A stretch of DNA of 64,000 bases from Candidatus Hydrogenedentota bacterium (lineage in GTDB: Bacteria; Hydrogenedentota; Hydrogenedentia; Hydrogenedentales; SLHB01): positions 16,023-80,022 of the forward strand of contig CAVUWV010000026.1 in the NCBI GenBank assembly GCA_963745075.1, written 5' to 3'. The position numbers were made by a program, and so were the translations under genes. Shown piece after piece: positions 1 through 9,237 of the stretch. A model generated the notes under the pieces. That model was not told the origin of the DNA. It saw only the letters and a program-made list of their open reading frames with translations, and made no database searches. Position 1 is the stretch's first letter; the number at the start of each line of letters is the position of its first letter.

Positions 1-1041
1 GGTCCTCGGGATCTGCCGCTTGGTGGAAACCAATCCGAGTCTGCGCGGCAACGAGCGATCTCGCGCCATAACCAGGGCCACCCGTGACGCGGCGAAAAGG
101 TTCGCCTGCAATGCAGACAACATTGACAAAATACCGGCGACCATGACAAGCCAGTATCCGAAGGGTCCAAGGAAATGCTGTGCGGCGATGGCAACGATCG
201 TTTCCGGGTCGGCCTTACCGGCATCGGCTACGGAGATCCCCGGACTCATGCCCACGGTCGAGATGATAAGAAGAAGCGGCAGATAAATAAGCAGCGCAAT
301 TCCGAGCGAGTAAAACATGGCCCGCGGAAGATTTCGCTCGGGCTGACGCACTTCGCCCGCGACTGCGGCAATGAGATCGAATCCCTGCAACGCGATAAAC
401 GAGAATCCCATCGCGCGCAGCAAACCGACGCCACCCTGTGAGAAGAAGGGGCGCAGTCCCGCAGACCAATCCGTTGGTGCGCGGCGTGTCATCGCCCAGA
501 GTCCACCCGCAATCACAATGGCGAATACGACGACCTTCGCAACGTTGGTGAATTTGCCGCCGCCCGCGCTTCGGCGCAGCAGGTCTACCGTGAAGTATGC
601 AGTTGCGCATAGGGCCAGCACCTTGGGTGTCCACGGATTTGCCAGCCAGGCCGGCGCAGTCATTGCCCGCGATGCGTAGACCTCTGCTATCGCGGCACTG
701 GCGAATGCGCCGAAACCAATTGCGTATAGAACGCCCGCGACGATCGATGCGAACCAGACTACCCAGCCTACGGCAAAGGCAGTCTCGACGGACAATACTT
801 TTTTCGCGAAGGTGTAGGTGCCACCCGACTGGGGGAACTTGGAAGACATCTCCGCGAAGCTCATCGCGGTCAGGAACGCAATAATGCCGTTCAGGCCGAA
901 GGCTACGATGGCACTCGGGCCCGTCGCCGCAAATGCGACACCGGCCAAGGCGAGAATTCCCCCGCCAACAATGGCACCGACACCGACACTTGTTGCGCCG
1001 AACAAGCCGATGTGTCGCTGAACGGTATCTCTAGGGGCCAA
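1..1041 (-). CDS. APC-family amino acid permease (3' end runs off window)
   Basis: Not in ORF track because it has no stop in the window. Manual translation from TTG 1041 (RBS AAGGAG): LAPRDTVQRHIGLFGATSVGVGAIVGGGILALAG...AMSFAEMSSKFPQSGGTYTFAKK...GFDLIAAVAGEVRQPERNLPRA, which are typical APC motifs. Confidence 0.88.
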   Translation of the reverse strand, partial: MAPRDTVQRHIGLFGATSVGVGAIVGGGILALAGVAFAATGPSAIVAFGLNGIIAFLTAMSFAEMSSKFPQSGGTYTFAKKVLSVETAFAVGWVVWFASIVAGVLYAIGFGAFASAAIAEVYASRAMTAPAWLANPWTPKVLALCATAYFTVDLLRRSAGGGKFTNVAKVVVFAIVIAGGLWAMTRRAPTDWSAGLRPFFSQGGVGLLRAMGFSFIALQGFDLIAAVAGEVRQPERNLPRAMFYSLGIALLIYLPLLLIISTVGMSPGISVADAGKADPETIVAIAAQHFLGPFGYWLVMVAGILSMLSALQANLFAASRVALVMARDRSLPRRLGLVSTKRQIPRT

Positions 1042-1171
1042 GCGCGTCTCCTTGTAAGATAATTGTCCGGGTTCCGGTTCGTATCATAACGAATCCATTG
1101 CTGGTATACCAATCTTCGGGAGCACATAAGCATTTAACATGATGGAACTTACCCACGCAATTAGAATTTGC

Positions 1172-1200
1172 TTGACAGGGGTGTCCCTAAAAAGTATAAT
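1172..1200 (+). promoter_or_regulatory. sigma70 promoter of the Rrf2/NO-stress operon
   Basis: Perfect TTGACA-N17-TATAAT ending 21 bp upstream of the ATG at 1222. Confidence 0.85.
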
Positions 1201-1221
1201 CACATGTGAAAAGAGGTTGCT

Positions 1222-1644
1222 ATGCTCTCAAAAACTGCTTTACACGCACTGCACGCTGTGGCCCAGTTGGCCGAACTCCCGGAAGGCCAGTTCCGCGGGG
1301 CGACATCCATTGCCGAGGAAATCGGTGCGCCGGCTAATTACCTGGGCAAGCTGCTCCAGTCCTTGGTTCAGGAAGGGATCGTGTATTCCCAGAAGGGCAT
1401 CGGCGGCGGTTTTCGTTTGGCAAAGAAGGCGTCTTCCATCCCGCTCTACAACGTCATTGAGCCGATCGACCATATCAGCAAGTGGTCCGGCTGTTTCATG
1501 GGACGCAGCCGATGCTCATCGGAGGAGCCTTGCGCGATGCATACCCGGTGGGCGAAGGTGCGAGACGAATACTTTTCGCTCCTAAAAGAGGCGACGATCG
1601 CCGATATCGCATCGGGTAAGAACAGTTTTGCGGTTTCCCCGTAA
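1222..1644 (+). CDS. Rrf2-family Fe-S transcriptional regulator
   Basis: wHTH with YLGKLLQSL..GIV.SQKGIGGGFRL; C-x6-C-x5-C-x2-H ligand set. Confidence 0.93.
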   Translation: MLSKTALHALHAVAQLAELPEGQFRGATSIAEEIGAPANYLGKLLQSLVQEGIVYSQKGIGGGFRLAKKASSIPLYNVIEPIDHISKWSGCFMGRSRCSSEEPCAMHTRWAKVRDEYFSLLKEATIADIASGKNSFAVSP

Positions 1645-1707
1645 GTTCCATATTTTTGTGACACTAAATACGATAAGCACATGCGATTATAGAAAGGAGC
1701 AAAACCA

Positions 1708-2367
1708 ATGGCATACTCTCCGATTCGTAGCCGCCTAAACAACATTCAATTTCTGGGCCTGCTTGCCTTACCCCTAGTCCTTTCTATGTCGGCCTTTGCG
1801 CATTGCGACACGTTGGACGGACCGGTCGTCACGGACGCGAAAACGGCGTTAGCCGAAAAGAACGTAGAACCCGTGCTGAAATGGGTCCGCCCTCAAGATG
1901 AAGCCGAGATTCGTGAGCTGTTCGCAAAGACCGTGAAGGTACGGGAAAGCGACGCCGAGGTCCGGGAACTGGTGGACCGGCACTTCTTCGAAACGCTTGT
2001 ACGCGTCCATCGCGCCGGCGAAGGTGCACCTTTCACGGGACTGAAGCCTGCGGATACCCCGGTAGAACCCGGCATCGAGGGGGCCGAAGAGGCCTTGGCG
2101 ACGGGTTCCGACAACGAGCTGGTCACGAATCTCCAGGCTGAACTCGGGAAGGCGCTGAATATGCGCTATTCGCACGTGCTCGAAGCCAGAGAGCGCTCAG
2201 ATGAAAGCGTTGAGGCGGGGCGCGCGTACGTCGCCGCCTATGTCGAGTATATCCACTTCGTGGAGCGGCTCCATGAAACCATTGCGTCGCCTTCGCACGA
2301 GGGCCACGGAGAAGCGCATGAAGGGCCTTCGTCATCGCACGACGAAGACCATGGAGACGGCGCGTGA
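1708..2367 (+). CDS. Exported DUF6448-like protein with His-rich C-tail
   Basis: Signal peptide ending AFA followed by HCDTLDGPVV; FFETLVRVHRAGEGAPFTGLKP; RBS AAGGAG. Confidence 0.75.
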   Translation: MAYSPIRSRLNNIQFLGLLALPLVLSMSAFAHCDTLDGPVVTDAKTALAEKNVEPVLKWVRPQDEAEIRELFAKTVKVRESDAEVRELVDRHFFETLVRVHRAGEGAPFTGLKPADTPVEPGIEGAEEALATGSDNELVTNLQAELGKALNMRYSHVLEARERSDESVEAGRAYVAAYVEYIHFVERLHETIASPSHEGHGEAHEGPSSSHDEDHGDGA

Positions 2368-2439
2368 TACGCCGAGTGAAAACGTATTTTTAGGGCCGAT
2401 TTTCGAGAGTCGAACTGCGGAAAGTATTGAGGAAGAGTC

Positions 2440-4308
2440 ATGAGCACGCCGAAACAAGTGTTGGATACGTTGGGTGAAGAAACGATGTTGCCGGACCTGT
2501 TGAAAGCCGCGCCAAGTGTCCGGCCGGCACTGGACCGGTACGGATTGCGCGGATGCGGTGGCGAGCACGGTCCGATGGAGACGTTGGGATTCTTCGCGCG
2601 GGCCCATGGCGTTCCGGTGGGGCAACTTCTTCAGGATATCCGGGTAAGTCTCACGGCGACAGAAGTGACGACAACGTCGACGGAATCGTTTTCGGACCAA
2701 ATCGCTGACACCATTTATCAGCCCTTCTTCAAAGGCGGTATCGCGGTGGCCCTCACACTCGGCGCCGTCTGGGGAGCTTTCCTTCTGATCCGCATCGCCC
2801 TGTCGGGCTCGTTCACCGCGGTGGGGATTCAAGAAATCAACGCCCACGGGCACGCGCAGATCTTTGGCTGGGTGGGGCTGTTCGTGATGGGCTTCGCCTA
2901 TCAGGCCTTTCCGCGTTTCAAGCACACGTCCCTCGCCCATCCGCGTATGGCATTGGCCACGATGTGGCTGATGGTGACCGGCATCATTCTTCGGTCGTCG
3001 AGCCAGGCACTGCTCCCGTACACCCATTGGACCGTCAAGTCGGGCATTTTCGGTTCTCTGCTGGAGATTCTGGCGATTGGATTGTTTGTGGGCATCATCT
3101 GGAAGACGCTGCGCCGGTCCGGGAAACCCTTCGCGTTCTATGACTACTACATCCTGAGCGGGTTGGCCTGGTTCTTCCTTCAGGCGGTATACGGCAGCAT
3201 CTACTTCACCGCCACGGCACTGGCCCCAACACGCGACGCGCTCCTGGGACTCGTCTCGACATGGCAGGCCCCACTTCGGGACATCCAGATCCACGGGTTT
3301 GCCATGCTGATGATTCTCGGCGTCAGTCAGCGCATGTTTCACAACTTCTATGGCTTGTCGGCACCCAGCCGGCGGGCGAGTTTGATCGCCTTGCCGCTCT
3401 TGAACGGCGCGGTGATCGGGGAATGCGTGGGATTCATACTGATGCGGACCTCCGGCCATATTTGGACCGCCCTTTGGTACGGGTCGGTCATCACGCTCAC
3501 GGCGACGCTCGCGGTCCTGGTATCGGGCTGGCACATCTACCGGCCCACCGCCGAAGCGGATCGCAGCCTGAAATTCCTCCGCACGGCCTATCTCTGGCTG
3601 TTCGTTTCGCTGACGATGCTCATCGCGCTGCCGCTCTACCAGTTCGGACTGCTGCGCGCCCTCGCCCCGGACAGCGAAGCGGCACGGATTGGTTTCTCCC
3701 ACGCTTATTACGGAGCAGGCCGCCACGCGATTACCGTGGGCTTCATCAGCCTGATGATCGTCGGCGTCGCGGCCAAGGTGGTGCCGACGCTGAAAGGTAT
3801 TGACGTACGCAGCCTGAACGGACTCTGGGTGCCGTTCATCCTGCTGAACGCGGGGTGCGCCATGCGTGTCGGCTTCCAGATTCTCACGGATTTCACCGAT
3901 GTAGCCTTCCCCATTGCCGGGGTGAGTGGCATATTGGAAGTTTCCGCGCTGGCGGTCTGGGGGATCCACTTGTGGTCGCTGATGAACGCGCGCGTGGGCG
4001 CTTCGCCCATGCTGTCCCGGCCCATGACGTTGAAGGCAGGCGAGCCTATCGCTGCACGCAGTGTGGTTGCAGAGGTGCTCCGGGTTTACCCTGAAACGCT
4101 TGAAACATTCTTGAAACACGGATTCAAGCCCCTAGCGAACCCCATGCTCCGGCGCACCGTTGCTGCAACGGTTTCTGTCGAGGGTGCCGCACGCTTGCTC
4201 GATGTTGACCTGGACCATCTCCTGGCCGACTTGAATAGGGCTCGGGTGACACAGGAAGACGACCGAGGTCACCCCGAGGCCGACGGCCTGACCGTGGACT
4301 TGGCCTGA
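2440..4308 (+). CDS. NnrS-like polytopic membrane protein with N- and C-terminal DUF1858-like domains
   Basis: HGHAQIFGWVGLFVMGFAYQAFPRF, IQIHGFAMLMILGV and RHAITVGFISLMI motifs; soluble ends GLRGCGG and VLRVYPETLETFLKHGF. Confidence 0.75.
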   Translation: MSTPKQVLDTLGEETMLPDLLKAAPSVRPALDRYGLRGCGGEHGPMETLGFFARAHGVPVGQLLQDIRVSLTATEVTTTSTESFSDQIADTIYQPFFKGGIAVALTLGAVWGAFLLIRIALSGSFTAVGIQEINAHGHAQIFGWVGLFVMGFAYQAFPRFKHTSLAHPRMALATMWLMVTGIILRSSSQALLPYTHWTVKSGIFGSLLEILAIGLFVGIIWKTLRRSGKPFAFYDYYILSGLAWFFLQAVYGSIYFTATALAPTRDALLGLVSTWQAPLRDIQIHGFAMLMILGVSQRMFHNFYGLSAPSRRASLIALPLLNGAVIGECVGFILMRTSGHIWTALWYGSVITLTATLAVLVSGWHIYRPTAEADRSLKFLRTAYLWLFVSLTMLIALPLYQFGLLRALAPDSEAARIGFSHAYYGAGRHAITVGFISLMIVGVAAKVVPTLKGIDVRSLNGLWVPFILLNAGCAMRVGFQILTDFTDVAFPIAGVSGILEVSALAVWGIHLWSLMNARVGASPMLSRPMTLKAGEPIAARSVVAEVLRVYPETLETFLKHGFKPLANPMLRRTVAATVSVEGAARLLDVDLDHLLADLNRARVTQEDDRGHPEADGLTVDLA

Positions 4309-4349
4309 CATTGTATTGCCAAAAGTGCGACGAGAACTGAGGAATCAAA

Positions 4350-4378
4350 GTAAACATGCATTTCGTTTACCTGTTTAC
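4350..4378. promoter_or_regulatory. Imperfect palindrome, candidate Rrf2 operator upstream of the qNor gene
   Basis: GTAAACAtgcatttcgtttaccTGTTTAC; contains an NsrR-like ATGCATTT half-site. Confidence 0.4.
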
Positions 4379-4476
4379 AGGGATCGGCTCTTCAACCGTA
4401 GCTGAATTGGGACGGAGTCGCCGCAGCCACCGCCGGTAGACGATTTGTGCAGTATCGAACGAGGGAGGAGTCACGT

Positions 4477-6789
4477 ATGAATTATAGAAGGTTGTGGGCT
4501 GCGCTGGCCACGGTCATCGTGGTGTCGTTTGCCGTGCTGCTGTATTTCGGAAGGGACATCTACCGCAAGATCCCGCCCATACCCGATACCGTCGCCACGG
4601 CGGACGGTACGGTGATCTTCACGGGCGACGATATCCGCAATGGGCAGAATGCGTGGCAATCGGTGGGCGGCCAGGAAATGGGCACGGTCTGGGGCCATGG
4701 TTCCTACGTTGCGCCGGACTGGTCGGCGGATTGGCTGCACCGGGAAGCCGAGTGGCTGCTCGATCATTGGGCAACGCAAGACTACGGCGTAAAGAGCTAC
4801 GCCGATTTGAATGACGAACAAGCAGCGGCATTGAAAGCGCGCGTGAAGGACGAAATCCGGACGAACACGTACGATCCCACGACGAATTCGATTGTCGTCT
4901 CCCCCACCCGCGCGCAAGCCATCGCCGCCGTGAGCGAGCACTACGAGAAACTCTTCAGTGGCGATCCGGAACTCAACGACCTTCGGGAAGCGTACGCGAT
5001 TCCGAAAAACGTGATGCCCGATCCGGAGCGGCGTGCAGAATTAAGCGCCTTCTACTTCTGGACCGCTTGGGCCTGTGGCACGAATCGTCCTGGCGAGGCG
5101 CATACCTATACGCAGAACTGGCCGCCCGACCCGCTCATTGACAACACGCCCACGGGCTCGATCGTCGTATGGTCGGTCGTCAGTTTCGTGCTGTTGCTGG
5201 CTGGTGTTGGCGCGCTGGCGTGGTACTACGCCATTCTCAAGCACAAAGAACACGATGAACTCGAGCCGCCCGCGGTCGATCCCTTGCTGGCCCTCGACCC
5301 GACGCCGTCTATGAAGGCGACACTCAAATACTTCTGGGTGGTCGTTGCCTTGATTGTGTTTCAGGTGGCCATGGGCGCGGTGACGGCGCACTACGGGGTG
5401 GAAGGCTCGGGATTCTACGGGATACCACTCGCGGAGATTCTCCCTTACGCAGTCACGCGAACCTGGCACACGCAGCTCGCGATCTTCTGGATTGCGACGG
5501 CCTGGCTGGCAACGGGACTCTTCATTGCGCCCGCGGTTTCGGGACATGAACCGAAGTTCCAGCGTTTGGGCGTGAATGTGCTGTTCGGCGCGTTGTTGGT
5601 TATCGTCGTCGGTTCCATGTTCGGGACCTGGTACGCCACGCGGCAGAAGATGGGCCTGACCATGAATTTCTGGTTCGGCCATCAGGGTTACGAGTACGTC
5701 GATCTCGGGCGCTTCTGGCAGTACTTCCTTTTCGCCGGGCTGTTCATATGGCTCGGTCTGATGGGACGAGCGCTTTGGCCCGCCCTGAAGCAACCCGGGC
5801 CAAACCGGCATCTGCTCACCCTGTTTTTCATCTCGAGCCTGGCGATTGCCGTGTTCTACGGCGCCGGTCTCACGTGGGGTCAGCACACGCACCTCGCCAT
5901 CGCCGAATACTGGCGCTGGTGGGTGGTCCATCTGTGGGTGGAAGGCTTCTTCGAAGTGTTTGCCACGGTGGTCATCGCGTTCCTGTTCACACGGATGGGC
6001 CTATTGAAAGTATCGACCGCCACCGGCGCGGTGTTGTTCGCCACGAGTATCTTCCTCGCGGGCGGCATCATCGGGACCTTCCACCACCTGTACTTTACCG
6101 GAACGCCGACGGCCGTACTGGCGCTGGGCTCCGTGTTCAGCGCGCTCGAAGTGGTACCGCTGGTCCTGATTGGCTTTGAGGCCTACGAGAACCTGACGTT
6201 GAGTAAGGCGCGGCCGTGGGTAACCGCTTACAAGTGGCCCATCTATTGCTTCGTGGCGGTGGCCTTCTGGAACCTGGTGGGCGCGGGAATCTTCGGGTTC
6301 CTGATCAATCCGCCGATTGCCCTCTATTACATGCAGGGACTCAATACGACGGCCGTGCACGGCCACACGGCGCTCTTCGGCGTGTACGGCATGCTCGGCA
6401 TCGGCTTGACGCTCTTCTGCCTCAAGGGTCTCGCGGCGCGTAACGTCTGGAAAACGTCGACCCTGTCCTTCGCGTTCTGGTCGATCAATATCGGCCTCGC
6501 ACTGATGGTCCTGCTGAGCGACCTGCCGCGCGGCCTGATGCAGGCTTGGGCGAGCGTGAATGATGGCATGTGGTACGCCCGGTCCGCCGAGTTCATGGGC
6601 ACGGGTCTCATGGACACCCTGCGCTGGATGCGCATCATCGGCGACAGCATCTTCGCCGTTGGCGTGCTTGCGTTGGGTTGGTTCGTGCTGGGACTCAAGA
6701 CGGGCTGGTCTGTCACCAGCGAGTTGGATCCCGCAATGCAACAGGAACCGGCGGCGCGGATACCGGAGGCGGTTACGGAACGTAGCTGA
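4477..6789 (+). CDS. norB: Quinol-dependent nitric oxide reductase (qNor, NorB/NorZ)
   Basis: GTVWGHGSYVAPDWSADWLHRE, WWVVHLWVEGFFEVFAT, GTFHHLYF and HGHTALFGVYG heme-copper-oxidase-superfamily motifs; ATG 4477 follows GGAGGAG. Confidence 0.96.
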   Translation: MNYRRLWAALATVIVVSFAVLLYFGRDIYRKIPPIPDTVATADGTVIFTGDDIRNGQNAWQSVGGQEMGTVWGHGSYVAPDWSADWLHREAEWLLDHWATQDYGVKSYADLNDEQAAALKARVKDEIRTNTYDPTTNSIVVSPTRAQAIAAVSEHYEKLFSGDPELNDLREAYAIPKNVMPDPERRAELSAFYFWTAWACGTNRPGEAHTYTQNWPPDPLIDNTPTGSIVVWSVVSFVLLLAGVGALAWYYAILKHKEHDELEPPAVDPLLALDPTPSMKATLKYFWVVVALIVFQVAMGAVTAHYGVEGSGFYGIPLAEILPYAVTRTWHTQLAIFWIATAWLATGLFIAPAVSGHEPKFQRLGVNVLFGALLVIVVGSMFGTWYATRQKMGLTMNFWFGHQGYEYVDLGRFWQYFLFAGLFIWLGLMGRALWPALKQPGPNRHLLTLFFISSLAIAVFYGAGLTWGQHTHLAIAEYWRWWVVHLWVEGFFEVFATVVIAFLFTRMGLLKVSTATGAVLFATSIFLAGGIIGTFHHLYFTGTPTAVLALGSVFSALEVVPLVLIGFEAYENLTLSKARPWVTAYKWPIYCFVAVAFWNLVGAGIFGFLINPPIALYYMQGLNTTAVHGHTALFGVYGMLGIGLTLFCLKGLAARNVWKTSTLSFAFWSINIGLALMVLLSDLPRGLMQAWASVNDGMWYARSAEFMGTGLMDTLRWMRIIGDSIFAVGVLALGWFVLGLKTGWSVTSELDPAMQQEPAARIPEAVTERS

Positions 6790-6870
6790 ATTCGGATTCG
6801 TAGCACGTGTGGTCCTGTATTCGAAGCCCCCAAGGGCACAGTGAAGAATAGAGTAAGAGGAGTTAAAGAT

Positions 6871-7590
6871 ATGACAACCATTTCACCGGAGATCACAATT
6901 GGCCAACTGGTCACGGAGCGGCCGAGCCGGTCGCGGGTATTCGAGAAGCTGGGGATCGATTACTGCTGCGGCGGGAAGAAATCTATCGCCGAAGTGTGTG
7001 AGAAGAAACAGATCGATCCCGCGACGTTGATCGATGTCCTCGATGCCGAAGCGGCCGATGCCCCCGAGGATGGTCCGAACGTGAGCGATATGGCCCTGTC
7101 GGATCTGGCGGATCATATCGTCGCGACGCATCACGCCTATTTGCGCACGGAACTGCCGCGCCTAGGGAAGATGGCGCAACGGGTGGCGAAGGTCCACGGC
7201 GACAAGGACGACCGGTTGCAAGCAGTGAGCCAGACCTTCGATGCGTTTACGGCCGAACTCGATTCGCACATGGCCAAGGAGGAGAACGTGCTGTTCCCGG
7301 CCATCCGACTGGTGGATCGGGCTGACCAGATGCCCTCGCTCCCCTTTGGCCGTGTGGCCAACCCCATCCACTGTATGGAACAGGAGCACGACAACGCGGG
7401 GGCCGCGCTGGAACGTATGCGCACCCTCACCGATGGATTCACGCCGCCGGACTGGGCCTGCAACACCTACCGCGCGCTGTTGGACGGACTTCATGAGCTG
7501 GAGTTGGACATGCACCAGCACGTCCACAAGGAGAACAATGTGCTCTTTCCTGGAATCATTGAGCGTGAAGAGCAACTCTTGAGCGCCTGA
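6871..7590 (+). CDS. ric: Iron-sulfur cluster repair di-iron protein (RIC/YtfE/ScdA)
   Basis: GIDYCCGG N-domain; HHAYLR, HMAKEENVLFP, MEQEHD and HVHKENNVLFP hemerythrin-like motifs. Confidence 0.95.
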   Translation: MTTISPEITIGQLVTERPSRSRVFEKLGIDYCCGGKKSIAEVCEKKQIDPATLIDVLDAEAADAPEDGPNVSDMALSDLADHIVATHHAYLRTELPRLGKMAQRVAKVHGDKDDRLQAVSQTFDAFTAELDSHMAKEENVLFPAIRLVDRADQMPSLPFGRVANPIHCMEQEHDNAGAALERMRTLTDGFTPPDWACNTYRALLDGLHELELDMHQHVHKENNVLFPGIIEREEQLLSA

Positions 7591-7616
7591 CGGTATCGAC
7601 CTCCGTTCCTGTGACG

Positions 7617-7653
7617 AGGCGCACGCGGAATGCATTCGTTCCGCGTGCGCCTT
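7617..7653 (+). terminator. Hairpin after ric
   Basis: AGGCGCACGCGGAA-loop-TTCCGCGTGCGCCTT. Confidence 0.55.
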
Positions 7654-7660
7654 AAGGTAT

Positions 7661-7740
7661 TGTCATTCTGAGCGAAGCGAAGAATCTCGTTTGGGCAATT
7701 GCTTCGGGATTTCAAGATTATTCACTTCGTTGAGATTGAC
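7661..7740. repeat. Degenerate REP-like palindromic element (GTCATTCTGAGCG type)
   Basis: TGTCATTCTGAGCGAAGCGAAGAATCT with a decayed inverted arm; same family as 63481-63558. Confidence 0.55.
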
Positions 7741-7773
7741 GTGAGTTGGGTAGTCGGGACTGTAAGACCGAAT

Positions 7774-8253
7774 TCAGGCAATCACGTCCAACCCCGATGG
7801 GGTGCCGGGGTTGGCCGGGGGCTGGTTGGGAGCAATGCCGGTTTGGCTGTGGGAGAAACGTTGGAGAACGCCTGGCGCCAGCAGTTGTAGGAGTTCTCCC
7901 TCGGGCGTGTTCTGAATTGACGCGACGTAGTCCTTCACGCCCTGACGTCCACCATTCTGAAAGGCGTCTTTAAGGGCGTCCCGCTGATTCCGAATGACGC
8001 TCTTGAGTTCATTCTTGCTCACCTTGCCATCGCCGTCCGTGTCCAGCTTTGCGAACGCATCCTTCGAGAGTCCAGAAAGAACCTGGGCATCCACATCGCC
8101 ATCGCCATCGGGATCGCTCTGGCTGAACAGACGATTCACAATCGTGTCGAGGATTTTCGAGGGGTCTCCCGGGTGGGAGCCATTGACGGGACTCCCGAAG
8201 TTGGCGCCCGAAGCGCTTGAGGGGTTGAACGGGCCGATTGGATTGATACTCAT
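7774..8253 (-). CDS. EF-hand domain protein, probably in the flagellar regulon
   Basis: DPDGDGDVD and DTDGDGKVSKNEL EF-hand loops; low-complexity N-terminus; C-terminal GLDVIA. Confidence 0.75.
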   Translation of the reverse strand: MSINPIGPFNPSSASGANFGSPVNGSHPGDPSKILDTIVNRLFSQSDPDGDGDVDAQVLSGLSKDAFAKLDTDGDGKVSKNELKSVIRNQRDALKDAFQNGGRQGVKDYVASIQNTPEGELLQLLAPGVLQRFSHSQTGIAPNQPPANPGTPSGLDVIA

Positions 8254-8302
8254 TGCGGTCACTCCTTGCAGTTGTGTGCGCTTCGCGCACTTAATCTTCA
8301 GT

Positions 8303-8329
8303 ATGTCGGCAGGAGTGAAGAAAACTTTA
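8303..8329 (-). promoter_or_regulatory. sigma28 (FliA) promoter
   Basis: Minus strand TAAA-gttttcttcactcct(15)-GCCGACAT versus consensus TAAA-N15-GCCGATAA. Confidence 0.75.
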
Positions 8330-8486
8330 GGGAAAAACGGTTGCCTGAATTCAAGAAAAGTTCGAGAGCGGCACGAAGAAGTGGCTAAATTTGTGTTATT
8401 CTCCCGGCGAGAATTTCAATAGACGAGCTGCGTTCGCCAGCACTTTTTCGTTCGCATGCGCGGTACGCTGTCAGGGCAAAAGTCCG

Positions 8487-8879
8487 TTATTCGTGATCCG
8501 TATTCGGCTTCAGCTTGTCCTTGAGTGCTACAAAGGGGTTGTGACCAAGGGACTCGTCCTGGTTCGTGGCAGTGGCGTAGCCGCCGAAGTGGTTGACGCG
8601 ATCGCCTTCCTGGTGGGCGTCGTCGTGGCAGGAAACGCAGAGCAGTTCCCAGTTGCTGCCGTCGGGTGGGTTGTTCATGTGGTCGTTGTCTTTGTGGTGG
8701 ACGGTAAGCTCGCGGAGGTTGTTGCCGGAGAATTCGCGTCCGCAGCGGGCGCAGACGTGCGGAAATAGGGCTAAGGCCTTTTCGCGGTAGCCGCTCTCGC
8801 GCTGGGCTTGTTCGCGCTTGACCTTGGCGATGAACTCGGCCTGCTTCGTTTTGTCGATCTTGACCTTTTTGAGTCGCAT
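8487..8879 (-). CDS. YajD-family HNH nuclease
   Basis: GYREKALALFPHVCARCGREF..NLRELTVHHKDNDHMNNPPDGSNWELLCVSCHD. Confidence 0.88.
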   Translation of the reverse strand: MRLKKVKIDKTKQAEFIAKVKREQAQRESGYREKALALFPHVCARCGREFSGNNLRELTVHHKDNDHMNNPPDGSNWELLCVSCHDDAHQEGDRVNHFGGYATATNQDESLGHNPFVALKDKLKPNTDHE

Positions 8880-9028
8880 AGGGGAAACCTCCGACTCCAT
8901 GATAGATGGCGCAATTGCGTGCGTCAATGGACGGGATGGACATAGCAATTGCAGGGAATCCCCTGACAAAGCTCCATTGTGTGGCGGACCGTGTAGGAAC
9001 CACACGTCCTTTTCCGGCCGGGAATCTC

Positions 9029-9159
9029 CACTGGGAGCGCCTGACTCCAGCCTGGCGAAGGAGCGGAGCGAATCAATCGATAGTGCGGAACCGAAGTCGA
9101 TGCATGGCAACCGGTAGACGCTCCGGACCCCGCGAGGCTGGAGCCTGGCGCTCCCAGTG
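9029..9159. repeat. REP-like inverted repeat pair
   Basis: CACTGGGAGCGCCTGACTCCAGCCTGGCG (9029-9057) versus CGCGAGGCTGGAGCCTGGCGCTCCCAGTG (9131-9159). Confidence 0.7.
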
Positions 9160-9237
9160 ATTTGTTTGCGATGGTGCGGGATTGTGCGGTACCGTGTAGG
9201 GGAGCTGCTCGCATAGCGCGCCGTCCTGGAGGAATCG

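Noticed and set aside
2332..4119. Long antisense ORFs (also 25100-26464 +, 59562-60824 +, 37335-38360 +)
   Set aside because: Shadow frames of real genes in GC-rich DNA, with no recognisable motifs.
8487..8879. HNH protein as a defence or mobile nuclease
   Set aside because: It matches the small standalone YajD type, with no methylase, immunity or defence neighbours.
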